Below, piece after piece: positions 41,426 through 54,646 of a DNA stretch of 64,000 nt. Positions within the stretch are counted from its first letter, which is position 1, and each line of letters begins with the position of its first letter. A model generated the notes under the pieces. It saw nothing but the letters and a program-made list of their open reading frames with translations, had not been told where the DNA came from and searched no databases. The stretch is from Octopus sinensis (lineage: Eukaryota), in NCBI RefSeq assembly GCF_006345805.1, contig NC_043007.1, forward strand, positions 9,114,001-9,178,000. The letters are read 5' to 3'. The position numbers were made by a program, and so were the translations under genes.

Positions 41426-41469
<44 letters not shown>

Positions 41470-41478
41470 AAATATATT

Positions 41479-41679
41479 ACATTACTCGATAGTCAAGATA
41501 AAACTCTTAGTTTCAGATGCCAGATAACCGAAGAGATGTCGTGGATTCCCACTTCGGCATCTGAAACTCAGAGTTTTTATCTTGACTATCGAGTAATGTA
41601 ACATATTATTGTATAGATAAATTCCTCTATTTACATAATATTGAGGTCTCTTTCTTTCTTTTGTAATCTTACCGTTTTA

Positions 41680-41683
<4 letters not shown>
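41479..41683. repeat. Foldback repeat (~43-bp arms, 34-bp loop) between (TA)n tracts
   Basis: 41479-41521 is the reverse complement of 41556-41599 with minor differences. Confidence 0.85.
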
Positions 41684-41749
<66 letters not shown>

Positions 41750-42379
41750 TATATATATGTATGTGTTGCTGATGTATGTATGTATGCATGTATTACCTAC
41801 ATATCAGAGGGAATTTACCACTATGTGGAAACCCTTATGCTAGAAGAAGATCCGCTATGGTCTAACCACTAAGAATTGTCCTCTAGAAAATTTACCAGAC
41901 ACCAGAAACGTAAGCGAGCAAGATAAATGAAAAGTAACAGAAATATAGAGTAATCATAAACAAGTGTTTCACTATCAACAAATTACGTAATTTTACTTAC
42001 ATAATTTATCTGTAGATCTTCAGTATTATCGTCTATACAAGTATAATTTCGCAGAACTACACGTCAGACATCAACACGAGGTCGAAAATACATGCAGTTC
42101 TACCTATTACACGTGTGGTTATTTTTCAAAAGTCTTCGTCTTGGCGCGCTAAATTACCGGAAATAATACTGCATAAAGTAATTTACTGTAGTTGCCTTTG
42201 CCTGTTTGAGAACATATTAATTTAAAATTAAAATTAAAATGAGGTTGAAAAATTGGATAATAATATGATAACATCAATTTTAACACCATATATATATATA
42301 TGTGTGTGTGCGTGTGGTATTAACATGCTCCTGGACTGGTTATGTAGCGCAGTGACACATAGTAGCATACAGCTGCACG

Positions 42380-42570
42380 CATATTGAGAGCAATCAGTGA
42401 ACTTCTCGGGGGAGGGTACCAGGTGACATTGAATGTACTACGGCAAGCTTCTGGTGACGATAAAATGCCTTGTACCGAATGAATCCAGCGGCATGGGCGC
42501 TTCAAAAGCGGATGAACGCATCTTGAAGACGCTCAGCGATCAGGCGGATCTGCCACGAGCATCACCCTTG
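42380..42570 (+). mobile_element. Mariner transposase N-terminal fragment
   Basis: NVLRQASGDDKMPCTE*IQRHGRFKSG*THLEDAQRSG, the mariner HTH pattern. Confidence 0.65.
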
Positions 42571-43188
42571 AAAGTAAGGAGGGAGCCGGTTTCCAACAGA
42601 GACACAAGACTTCATTTTGGGGATGTAGTTATCAAATTTGGAACTTGAGAAAAGTCTTGCATATTTTTACTGTTCCGTACTTGCAGTGTACCAATTAGCC
42701 GGTCGTTTCTCTTACTGAAAATCCCATGTTTTCCCAATATTCGGTCTGTAGCATGTATGCATGTGTATGTATGTATGTATGTATGTAAGTATGTACATGT
42801 GTGTGTATGTGCGTGTGTGAGTATGCATGCATGCGTGTGTGCGTGCATGCATGTATGTATGCATGCCCGAATGTATTTATGTAGGTATGTATGTATGCAT
42901 GTTTGTAAGTACGCATGCATGTATGTATGCGGGTATGCATGCATGCGTACATGTATATATGTACGTGTGTGTTTTTTTCTGTCTGAGGGTTTACTTCTCC
43001 ATAGTTGGTCCATTTATGTGCACATAATATAGCAATGTAGCCATTCAGCAAAATAGGCCAGTGGACGTACCCGGTTTAAAAAACAATGTTTTTAATTAAA
43101 TACCGAGATCAATTCCTCGACAAGAAAGCCTCAAAGCGGTGCCCCAGTTGGCTGCCATTCAATGATTGAAACAAGTAAAATATAATGG

Positions 43189-43243
<55 letters not shown>

Positions 43244-43244
43244 A

Positions 43245-43645
43245 CTAGCAGTATCGCCCGGTGCTCGGGTTTGTAAGGGAAATAACTATATAAGCATTTT
43301 AGAAGGTTTATAGCCAAAAAATAGCAAAAAAATGCATTAAAGATGGAAAAAAAAACGATGGTAATTTTTTTTTTAAATCGTTGACTCATCGTAGACATTT
43401 TTAGAGAGTTACTTCCCCTATATAATAGCGCGAAAGAAATGCATTAAAATGGAAAAAAATGATGGTAATTTTTTTTTTTTAATCGTAGACTCATCGTAGA
43501 CGCGCGCTAATACCCAGAAGGGCTCGCGATATGAATCACGACTATAAGGTACCCGGTTTGGTTAAAACTGCACCGCAAAATGTGGGAGTAGTTAGAATCT
43601 AAATCGTGGGAGACAGACACACAACTTCTCTTTTATATATAAAGA
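43245..43645 (-). mobile_element. Non-autonomous Helitron
   Basis: Minus strand starts TC and ends CTAG, with a cccg/cggg hairpin just before the end; inserted between A and T; internal ~65-bp duplication. Confidence 0.8.
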
Positions 43646-44252
43646 TGTCAGACTGCAAAAACATCCTCCACAGCGTTACATTAATTTAGCGTCTATTGAA
43701 ATGTAGACGAACATGTTTGGTCTCGAAAGTGTTAAATATGTAGGCTTTCTAGATTTGGTAGAAAATTAGTAATATGATTAGAATCCTAGAATCAATTAGT
43801 CTAGCTCTAGCAATCCGAGAAATTAGTCTCTTCAATTTCGCCCATATGGTAATAACAATGTACAACAAGACTGAATTATTATATGAAAAAAATAAAAGAT
43901 AAAATAAGCAAAAATATATTATTAAAAAAAACAACCATGCCTTCAATGAGTTTCATAATCACTATGCATTGTAGAATTGATAATGATGATGATGATGATA
44001 ATGACGACGATGAGGATAGTGATGATGATGATGTGATTGAGGATGATTGTGGTGGTGGTGGTGTTGGTTGTTGAGGTGGGTGAGGGTATTAATAATAATC
44101 ACAGTTACGGCATCAAGAACAACAAACAAGCCTGGTTCGATGTGAGCTTGGACTAATTGCCAATTAAAAATATCTAATTAGTAAGTCAAGTAAAAACGTT
44201 TGATTGAACTACAGTACACAGTGACGTTTGAGTGGTTTTGCTGTAAAGGACG

Positions 44253-44306
<54 letters not shown>

Positions 44307-44538
44307 TGTATAATAAATAAATCGCGCGAACAGAGACTGATAGAGAGATTGAGAACTAAAGAGGGCGAGAGAAGACAGAGAGAGAATGAAAGACAGAGAG
44401 AGAGAGCAAGAGAGAGAGAGAGAGAGAGAGAAGATGGAGGGAGATAGAGATGTAGAACAATGGAGAAGATGAGGATTTGTGTAAGAATGATGGAAGCATA
44501 GTTTATGTATGTGTTTAAGTAAGTCTCTGTTTCTCTCT

Positions 44539-44572
<34 letters not shown>

Positions 44573-45237
44573 TTCATTCTTTTTCTTATCTCGGTCTATC
44601 TATCTTTCTCTCTCGTTCTTCTAAATTCCCACCCACTCCTCCTGATTGTGTGTCGCGTATGTGTTCGCTGTGTGATGATTAACAGCGGAACAATCAATAA
44701 ACCTTGCCACTAAGATTAATTACTTGTAGAAACGTCGAGCTAATTAACCACTGTAATGTTTATTTGTCCTCCATCTCTCTCTCTCTCTATGTCTCTCTCT
44801 CTATCTCTTTCTCTCTTTCTCTCTCTTTCTCTCTCACCTTCTCCGCAATCACTCTATTTCTTTGTTCGATCTATCCCACAATTCAATGTGTGCCTGAACT
44901 AGAAGTATTCTCAGATGTGTCTCAACAAATATCTGTCTACCAACACAATACTTTAGCTTGTATGATTAGCAAATAGTTTTAGTTCTACAAAAATAACATG
45001 TGCACACATGCAAACGCTCATACAAATACACAGAAACACTCAAACACAGAATCATACAAACGTACACACGCACACATACACACATGCCAGAACATACGCC
45101 GAAGCATATACAATAATCTGTCGACTATCGCGGATGTTACATTCCAAAACTACCATCCCACCGCGATAGGTGAAAATCCGCGAAGTAGAAACAGCAGTTT
45201 ATTGTATATATTTCTTTATTATCTTTATAATTCGTAT

Positions 45238-45479
45238 ATACTCTTTTACTTGTTTCAGTTATTTGACTGTAGCTATGCTGGAGCACCGCCTTTACTCGAG
45301 CAAATCGACCCCAGGATTTATTCTTTGTAAGCCTAGTACTTATTCTATCGGTCTCTTTTGCCGAACCGCTAAGTAACGGGGATGTAAACACAGCAGCATC
45401 GGTTGTCAAGCGATGTTGGGGGACAAACACAGACACAAACAAACACACACACACACGCACACACACACACACACACACA

Positions 45480-45523
<44 letters not shown>

Positions 45524-45685
45524 TACGACGAGCTTCTTTCAGTTTCCGTCTACCAAATCCACTCACAAGGCTTTTGTCGGCCCGAGGATATAGTAGAAGA
45601 CACTTGCCCAAGGTGCCACGCAGCGGGACTGAACCCGGAACCATGTGGTTTGTAAGCAAGCTACTTACCACACAGCCACTCCTAC
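45238..45685 (-). mobile_element. CORE-like SINE, full length, little diverged
   Basis: Near-consensus reverse complement ending cacacagccactcct. Confidence 0.92.
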
Positions 45686-46026
45686 GCCTATAAATGCAAA
45701 ACAGCACCACGGAGGAATCCACGTAAGCTTAAATAATAAACTGCGATCGGTGAACGTCGAGAGGTGACCCGCGATACGGCAAGGGATTACTGTATGTCCA
45801 AACCATGTATATGATTTTGCTGTTTCTGAAGTTGAGCGTCTATAGACGTACACAAATGGACACACGAACACACACACGCATTGGCGCGCGCGCGCACACT
45901 CACATATATATTGGTGTGTGTGAAGGAATACATAAGTACCATTGCTACAAGAATTCGTATATCACACATGCTTTAGACTGAACTGGACTAAATATTAATA
46001 AACTCATACATGCATACATGCATTAG

Positions 46027-46250
46027 TTTCAGAATCTGGCACAAGGCCAGAATTTCGGGGGAGGGGGTGATAAGGGGGCGGTAAAACGATTACTTCGATC
46101 CCATTGCTCAACTGGTATTTAGTATATCGACCTCGAAAGAACGAAATGCAATGTGGACCTCGGCGGAATTTGAACTCAAAATGGGAAAACGGACGAAACG
46201 CCGCCAACATTTTTGCCCGATGTACTATTTTGCCAAGTCGCCACCTTACA
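46027..46250 (-). mobile_element. SINE, family A
   Basis: gacctcggcggaatttgaactc module and head remnant. Confidence 0.75.
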
Positions 46251-46277
46251 GAATATGTATGTATGTATGTATGTATG

Positions 46278-46333
<56 letters not shown>

Positions 46334-46533
46334 AATCTATCTATCTATGTCTATATATAAAAATGAAAAAGCCGGCATATATATTCACTGCCGACTGGGA
46401 ACTGCGCCTGCGCGGTAGATTTGAAAAATTAGAATGTATAAGCACGGGGCACTGGATTGCCTCGTGTATATATATTTAATGTAAGGTGAACCTGCTGAAG
46501 AAAGCTTCGCCTAGCAAATCATTTCAGCGCGAC

Positions 46534-46742
46534 ACTTTATTTTCACGTTGCTCCAGTCCTCTCACCTGGCAAAAATGAGTTGTACCTGATTTCAAAGGGC
46601 TTGCCTTGTCACACTCTGTGTCACGCTGAATCTCCCTGGGAACTATCTCAAGGGAACTATCTCAAGGGAACGCGTGTCTGTGGAGTGCTCAGCCAATTGC
46701 ACGTTAATTTCAAAAGGAATCTGTTCCGTTGGTCGACAGAAT
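46534..46742 (+). mobile_element. SINE 3' module (same tail as 32374)
   Basis: gtcacgctgaat...gtctgtggagtgctcagcc. Confidence 0.8.
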
Positions 46743-46769
46743 GCGCTTGCGCTATATGTATGTGTGTGC

Positions 46770-46808
<39 letters not shown>

Positions 46809-46834
46809 TATTTGTGTGTGTGTGTGTCCTGGCA

Positions 46835-47000
46835 TTCTGTCTATTACGACGACGAAGCTGGTGCGATCAACAGAACAGCGCGCTCGTGAATTGAAAAAGC
46901 AAGTGGCTGAGCACTCCTCAGACACGGATTCCTTTAACGTAGTTACCAGGGAGATCCAGCGGACACATATTATGACAGGGTTAGCCCTTTGATACACAGG
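46835..47000 (-). mobile_element. SINE 3' module, inverted relative to 46534
   Basis: gtggctgagcactcc...tttaacgtagtt. Confidence 0.7.
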
Positions 47001-47350
47001 CTATATCTGTGTATGTGTTGTGTGGTGTATATATATATATATATATATACACGCGCACATACACACACACCACACACACACACACGCACACACACACACG
47101 TATAACGTTTGGTTTAATAGCATATTGCAGGATATGGTGCTTCTGATAGTTTAGCGAACGCGACCAAGCAGACGCGTTATACTATTATGATGAGATGTGC
47201 ACTGCTTATGCAGTTATTTTACCATTAATGTGTCGCATTTTTTTGTCACGTTACACACACAATGCACACTACTCGAACATCAATCTTATTACATCATATT
47301 ATGATTTCATTAATTTTACTTTCATTATCCAATTACTGCTCTATTCAGTT

Positions 47351-47450
47351 NNNNNNNNNNNNNNNNNNNNNNNNNNNNNNNNNNNNNNNNNNNNNNNNNN
47401 NNNNNNNNNNNNNNNNNNNNNNNNNNNNNNNNNNNNNNNNNNNNNNNNNN
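47351..47450. other. Assembly gap (100 N)
   Basis: N run. Confidence 1.
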
Positions 47451-47765
47451 AAGAGGAATTCAACAAGAAGAAACCTGAAGGAGGAGGAGGAGCAAGAAAA
47501 GAAAAACATAATAAGTAAAGGAAAGAAGATAAGATGAAGAGGAGAAGGAAGAATAGAAGAAGAAAAGAAGAGGAATTCAACAAGAAGAAAACCTGAAGGA
47601 GGAGGAGGAGCAAGAAAAAAAAAAACATAAGAAGTAAAGGAAAAGAAGATAAAGATGAAGAGAAGAAGAAGAAGAAGAAGAAGAGAAGAAGAAGAAGAAG
47701 AAGAGGAGGAGAAGAAGAAGAAGAAGAAGAAGAAGAAGAAGAAGAAGAAGAAGAAGAAAGAAATA
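47451..47765. repeat. GAA-rich tract with a ~118-bp duplication
   Basis: aagaggaattcaacaagaag at 47451 and 47569. Confidence 0.9.
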
Positions 47766-48099
47766 AAGAAAGAAAGAATGACGGATTAAAGAGAAAACGA
47801 ATGGGACGAAGGATGTAGGAAATGCAAAAAAAAAAAACTGCGAATGAGAGAGTGAACGAACGAAGGAACGAATGAATGAAAGAGTGTTGAGAATGAGAGA
47901 ATGAGTGAGTGATTAAGTGGAAGTCAGAGTAGAAGAAACGAAGGGCTGACAATGGTAGGATCTCAATCATTATCATTAATGACTAAGAATTACACGCTAT
48001 TATCCAATTTACATTCTCTAACTGACAGATTGGCAAAATCAATTTCACGCCATTAACACGTAATCTAATAAAAGCAAGAAATTTTCAATCGAACACCAC

Positions 48100-48239
48100 C
48101 AGCATCAGCACCACCAGCACCAGCACCACCACTGCTACTACTACTACTACTACTACTAACAACAACAGCAGCAACAACAGCAACAATAATAATGATAATA
48201 ATAATAACATAACAACAGCAGAAAGACACAATGAAAATA

Positions 48240-48283
<44 letters not shown>

Positions 48284-48300
48284 TAATGATATGATAATAA

Positions 48301-48342
<42 letters not shown>

Positions 48343-48393
48343 ATAATACCAATAATAATAATAATGATAATAATGATAGTAACAATAATGATA

Positions 48394-48442
<49 letters not shown>

Positions 48443-48592
48443 CAACAATAAGTAAAATCCCGACAGTAATAATATCAACAATAATAAAATGCAATTTTTA
48501 ATATAAGAGGATGCTTAATGTAGAATGTATCGTTGTTGTTGTTATTATTATTATTGTATGTTAGTATTAACATTATTATTATTATCATTATC

Positions 48593-48653
<61 letters not shown>

Positions 48654-48702
48654 TAATAATAGTAGTAGTAGTAGTATCAATATAATTATTATTTCTATTA
48701 CT

Positions 48703-48733
<31 letters not shown>

Positions 48734-48794
48734 TCACTGTCAATATCATTATTATTATTATTATTATTATTATTGTTATTATTATCACTGTCAA

Positions 48795-48834
<40 letters not shown>

Positions 48835-48850
48835 GTTATTATTAATATTG
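48100..48850. repeat. Compound (AAT)n/(GAT)n/(ATT)n
   Basis: Direct reading. Confidence 0.95.
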
Positions 48851-49240
48851 TTATTGCCAGTTTTGTTGTTGTTATATTGTTTTGATTCATTTTTTTTGAA
48901 AAATCATTTTTGCTTTTATAATTGTATTTTTTATTATTCTGATGAGGTTTTCGTGTATTTTTTGTTGTTTTCTTTTTTAACTCGTTTTTGTTCCCTTTCT
49001 TCCACTGTCATTAACATATCACATTTTTTGTCGCAACTGCAGTTGCTGTCGTTGTTGTTGTTGTTGTGTTTGTGATTGCTACTGTTATTATCATCATCTT
49101 CATTCCCCTTCATCGTAAATTATATTATTATGCTTATTATCATTATTATTAATAGTGTTGCTGTTGTTTTTATCCCTTTTGTAGCCATTATTATTATTGT
49201 TATTATTATCACTATCAATATTATTATTATTATTATTATT

Positions 49241-49998
49241 GAGTGAGAGAGCAGTTCATGCCATCAAAGTGACACTGGGGTAAAATATACGAAGCCCAAT
49301 ATCCCATCATGACTACCCGACGGATAAAGGTACACCAGGCACATGCATCACAACCATATGTGCGCGACATGGTGATCTCATATCAAGATAAACAGCACAT
49401 GACCTTGCAGGTGGAGCCCAGTAGAATTTTTTCTCTTCAGGTTGAGTAGCCCATCCTGCTCAAAAGTTCCCTGAATAAGGTTGCTTTAGGATGTTGAACG
49501 AAACCTTTATGTTTCCAGAGGTGAATTATTCAAACCCCAAGAATCCCTCTCAACACATGGCCATGATGCTCCCCCACTACTTTTGCTCGTGATCAGAGAT
49601 GCACATATCGTCAGCCACTAAGGGACATGCTCAACTGGTTAAGGCCAACCACTGACAAGCAAATCTGTGGTATTGAGCAGAATATTTGCTGTAGCCCATC
49701 TTTTAATACCAAGACAAAACAATGTACATGATAACCTTCCAATCAGTTAGATCAGAAGCCATGAGAGCCACTGCCTGTACTGGATCAGGGCTGTGGTATT
49801 GAGCAGAATATTTGCTGTAGCCCATCTTTTATACAAGACAAAACAATGTACATGATACACTTCCAATCAGTTAGATCAGAAGCCATGAGAGCCACTGCCT
49901 GTACTGGATCAGGGCTATACCAAGACAAAACATGTACATGATAACACTTCCAATCAGTTAAGATCAGAAGCCATGAGAGCCACTGCCTGGTACTGGAT
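49241..49998. mobile_element. ~560-bp non-coding retroelement-like repeat flanked by (ATT)n, one end triplicated
   Basis: Inverted homolog at 62268-62827 with the same boundary; the gatcagaagccatgagagccactgcc block occurs three times in 49668-49998. Confidence 0.8.
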
Positions 49999-50000
49999 TA

Positions 50001-50047
<47 letters not shown>

Positions 50048-50639
50048 TATTATTTCATTATCATCATCATCATTCTTCTTCTTCTTATTCTTCTTCTTCT
50101 TATTAATTAATTAATTATTATTATTATTATTATCGTTGTTGTTGTTGTTGTTGTTATTATTAATCTGTTGTTGTTGTTGATGTTATTATTGTGGTTATTC
50201 CAATAAACATTATGTTGTCACTGCTATTCTCTTGATCGATCTTCAATAGAGTAACAATAATTGGTCATGCTAAATTATCTCACGTGACATCTCGACCGTG
50301 ATGGTAAAACTGTTCGGCTTTTCTGTGGCAGTGAAAGAAACTCTATGGCCATAATTCTATTGCCAAGTGGATTAATTCATTTTCCTTTTGTGTGTAAATA
50401 TTTCTGTTTTTCAGAATTTTTGTCCTTGAAGTATGACGCAATATAATTGCATCATCTTCAATGTTAAACGAAAATTAATACAGTTCGTTTCTACTTCCAA
50501 TACCGTAATTTTCTTTTTCTATAATCCTGGGACACATAATAGCGATTTCCCGATTTCCATGGGGTATAAATGACCGAGATCACAACAAAGCCTCCAAATG
50601 AGAAAAACTGCTTGTTGCAATAGTTGAAAACCTGAAATT

Positions 50640-50820
50640 CTGAGACTAGGGGTTAAGTTTCTAGCATTTAATTCAGTACTTAATTGGCACCTTATTTTAT
50701 CGACCTTGAATATATGAACAGCAAATTTGACCTTGTCGGAATTTCAACGCAGTCCATAAACAGACGGTTGAAATGCCGTTAAATATTTTGTCCGATATCC
50801 TAAGGATTCCACCAGCTCAA
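50640..50820 (-). mobile_element. Decayed family A SINE
   Basis: ttattttatcgacc...gaccttgtcggaattt. Confidence 0.55.
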
Positions 50821-50914
50821 TACCTACAATATGGTTTAGTATTGTATAATCCTCAATAAAAACAGACATTCGAAATCAATCAGTTTATATTTAGCATGTA
50901 TACATTTATAAATA

Positions 50915-50962
<48 letters not shown>

Positions 50963-50965
50963 GGT

Positions 50966-51252
50966 GGAGGCGCAATGGCGCAGTGATTAGGGCAGCGGAC
51001 TCGCGGTCGTAGGATCGCGGTTTTGATACCCAGACCGGGCGCTGTGAATGCTTATTGAGCGAAAACACCTAAAGCCCCACGAGGCTTCGGCGGGGAGTAG
51101 TGCCGATCCCTGCTGTACTCTTTCGTCACAACTTTCTAACTCTTTCGTCTGTTTGCCCGCTCGCTTAGCCAGCGGGGTGGCGTCATTTGAAGGCTAAAAC
51201 AATGCGAAGCGCACTGTGACCAGCGATGTGTAGCAACATCTGATGGCCTGGT

Positions 51253-51253
<1 letters not shown>
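50966..51253 (+). mobile_element. tRNA-headed SINE with a third tail type
   Basis: Same head as 10509 and 32374; tail tagccagcggggtggcgtcatttgaagg...ctgatggcctggtc. Confidence 0.9.
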
Positions 51254-51300
<47 letters not shown>

Positions 51301-51399
51301 AGATTTTGACAAGAGATGACTGGAATATAACTACTATATCTAGTAGATCAACGTGTGTAACTAGAACAGGCAAACTTATATATATCGTTTATCTTTTAT

Positions 51400-51632
51400 C
51401 TTTTACTTGCTTCAGTAATTGAACTGCGGTCATGCTGGGGCACCACCCTGGATTTTCATTTTTCTTTTTTTAGTCGACTGAATCGACCCCTGTACTTTTT
51501 AATGCCTGGTACTTATTTCATCGGTCGCTTTTGCCGAACCGCTAAAATTTCGTGACGCAATTACACTCGCACCAGTTGTCAAGCGGTAGTGGGGGGACAA
51601 ACAGACAGAAAGACACACACACGCACACACAT

Positions 51633-51673
<41 letters not shown>

Positions 51674-52298
51674 CTATATATATATATTACGGAATCATTT
51701 CAGTTTCCGTCTTCCATATCTACTGACAAAGATTTGGTGGGGCCGATGTTAAAGTAGAAGACACTCGTCGAAGGTGACACGCAGTGGGACTGAAACTGGA
51801 ACTATGTGATTGGAAACCAAACTTCTTACCACACAGCCACGCCATATCCTTTATTGAATTCTATCAAAATTCCATTGAATGATTACGCTCTCTCGTTTAT
51901 TATTTTACTTGTTTCAGTCATTTGACTGTGGCCATGCTGGAGCACCGCCTTTATTCGAGAAAATCGACCCCACAACGTATTCTTTGTAAGCTTAGTACAT
52001 ATTCTTTCGGGCTCTTTTGTCGAACCGCTAAGTTACGGTGGCGTAAACACACCAGCAGAGGTTGTCAAGCGATGTTGGTGGGACAAACACAGACACACAA
52101 ACATATACACACACACATACATATATACATACATACATACATACATATAGACGATGGGGTTCTTTCAGTTTCCGTCTACCAAATCAACTCACAAGGCTTT
52201 GGTCGACCCGAGGCTATAGTAGAAGACAGTTGCCCAAGGGGGCTGAACCCGGAACCATGTGGTTGGTAAACAAGCTACTTACCACACAACCACTACTA
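51400..52298 (-). mobile_element. Two tandem CORE-like SINEs (51400-51843, 51903-52298)
   Basis: Both match the family reverse complement. Confidence 0.88.
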
Positions 52299-52943
52299 CG
52301 TATATTGAACAAAATATTGTCTTTGTAAGTAACTTTCAACCAGAACGACGTCTTCCATGATGAAAAAATACATTTGTGGACATTTGTGTAGATTCTTGGC
52401 AATATAGTGCTTCCAAGGCATACATCAAAACCCAGAAACACTCCAGTTCATGCAGAGTTAACTAAATATGGTCGGTGAGGGTTAAGTGAAGGAGAGATAA
52501 AGTAGTGATCTCATTAGATGCTATTTAATTTCTAATTCAACGAAATGCGTTGAGAAGCTTCAACTGATGTCGATAAGAACAGCTCTATTGATTTTCATTG
52601 TCTGATCCATAATTATAACCATATTCGTTGTATCTGTGTTGAGGGCAGGCTTTATCTAACATTTATCACATGCATTCATTTCGTAATCCTTATTTAAAGG
52701 TACTAAGGCATTTCTTAATGTAACCATATAATATTTTTTTGAATAGTGACGGGGCTGGGCTATAGAGAGAAAAGAGAACGAAATCTTAAAGATGTTCAAA
52801 TTAAAAAGATAATATCCATGAATTCGAAACGTCCGTCTTAGCCTTATATGTATGTATGTACGTATGTATGTATGTATGTATGTATGTATGTATGTATGTA
52901 TGTATGTAGTATGTATGTATGTATGTATTTATATATATATATA

Positions 52944-52985
<42 letters not shown>

Positions 52986-53267
52986 CCTATCGATCGATCT
53001 ATCTGCCTGTTTATCTGTCTGTGTGTCCGTTCAACTGTTTTTCTGCTTTTTTGTTTGTTTTTCTATATATCTATCAGTGCTTTTGTGTGTGTGTGTGTGT
53101 GTATGTGTTGTGTATGTGTGTGAGGGTCTACATGTGCTTCTGAATAACCTAGTCTGCATTGCTCTAGCCATAGTTCACTGAGTACAATCTTAGAATATCG
53201 ATGCCTTAAATAGTAATAATTATAATAATAGTTAGTATTAATAATAATAATAATTATAATAATAATG

Positions 53268-53311
<44 letters not shown>

Positions 53312-53321
53312 TAATAATTAA

Positions 53322-53704
53322 TATAAAGACCTACTCATTGAAATTGAGAAAATGTGGCATCTCAAGGCGGTTACAATACCAGTGATCGTAGGAGCACTAG
53401 GAATGATCAAGAAGGGAACCGAAAATTATATGAGAATGATCCCTGGCTTACCATCCCTGCAAGAAGTGCAAAAGATTGTCTTAACTGGTACATCACACGT
53501 ATTGAGAAGAGCATTGTCGATGTGAGAACTGTTGCTGCTCATGTATTTTAATTTAACTTTAAAAAAAAAAAAAAAAAAAAAAAGAACGAACTACTGAGTT
53601 TGGTTTAATGGCCTACCAATTATACACTATGAGTTTCTTTACCCTAGGAGTCGGGAAGACACTCGGCAAGAAATGGAAGAAAATTTGAAAGAAGAAAAAA
53701 AAAA

Positions 53705-53705
<1 letters not shown>
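53322..53705 (+). mobile_element. 5'-truncated R4/Dong-like RLE non-LTR retrotransposon inside (AAT)n
   Basis: Open frame 53322-53525 YKDLLIEIEKMWHLKAVTIPVIVGALGMIKKGTENYMRMIPGLPSLQEVQKIVLTGTSHVLRRALSM*, the typical RLE C-terminus; then a 3'UTR; (AAT)n on both sides. Confidence 0.75.
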
Positions 53706-53744
<39 letters not shown>

Positions 53745-53765
53745 TAATAATAATAATAATAGTAT

Positions 53766-53821
<56 letters not shown>

Positions 53822-53878
53822 GTAATAATAATAATAAATAATAATAATAATAATAATATGATAATAATAATGATAATA

Positions 53879-53942
<64 letters not shown>

Positions 53943-53969
53943 TAATTGTTTTTTTTTAACTTCCTTATT

Positions 53970-54646
53970 TTGTTGGTTGTAATTTCCCTGACATCTATTT
54001 ATCTCTACTTCTAAGCTTGTCGATAGTAATTTTTTCGTTAGCTTCCTTCTTACTTCTATGACTGTTAGTGTCTCTTAGATATCCACGTCTTATTATTTCT
54101 GTTTACACACCCTACGCATTCTTCTAATAATGAAATAAAAGCATCCTTAACATTCGTCCAAGTGTGTTCGATTGTGTTGCCTTGCAACCTTTTTACTTGC
54201 ATTAATCTGCATAATAATTTTTTTTCTGTATTTTATCTGGGTGCCTTCGTTTTTTAGTAAATCAACGTTGTATTTTCGTTGAACCCTACATTCCTCTTTT
54301 AAAGCCCTTAACTTTCAGTTGTAGTTTGCCAAATAGTAGGTGGTGGTCGGAGGCTGCGTCAGCCCCTCTTTTTACCCTAACATCTAACAGTGATCTCCTG
54401 AACTTGCTGCTTACACAGATGTGATTGATCTGATTTTGCGTTTTCAGATATGGCGAGTTTACGTATTTAGGTAATAAGATAACGTTTTCAGGCGGCACCG
54501 ACGAAGATATTAAGACGAGAATAAATAAGGCAAGGACCGCTTTTCACCTGTTAAAGAAAGTATGGAGCGCAAGTGTAATTTCAATAAAGAACAAAATAAA
54601 GATTTTCAACAGAAGCGTAAAAGCGGTGTTATTTTATGGGGCTGCG
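53970..54646. mobile_element. RTE-clade LINE fragments joined in inverted orientation
   Basis: Minus 53970-54450: QINHICVSSKFRRSLLDVRVKRGADAASDHHLL (end of APE). Plus 54455-54646: [29 protein letters not shown]...FYGA (after RT). Confidence 0.85.

Noticed and set aside
41840-41880. HHR-like ctagaagaagatccgctatggtc
   Set aside because: The core is broken and there is no GAAA or stem III.
46490-46530. HHR-like ctgaagaaagcttcgcctagcaaat
   Set aside because: No GAAA, and no pairing for stems I or III.
52790-52840. gaaacgtc half-motif
   Set aside because: No upstream CUGANGA at a workable distance.
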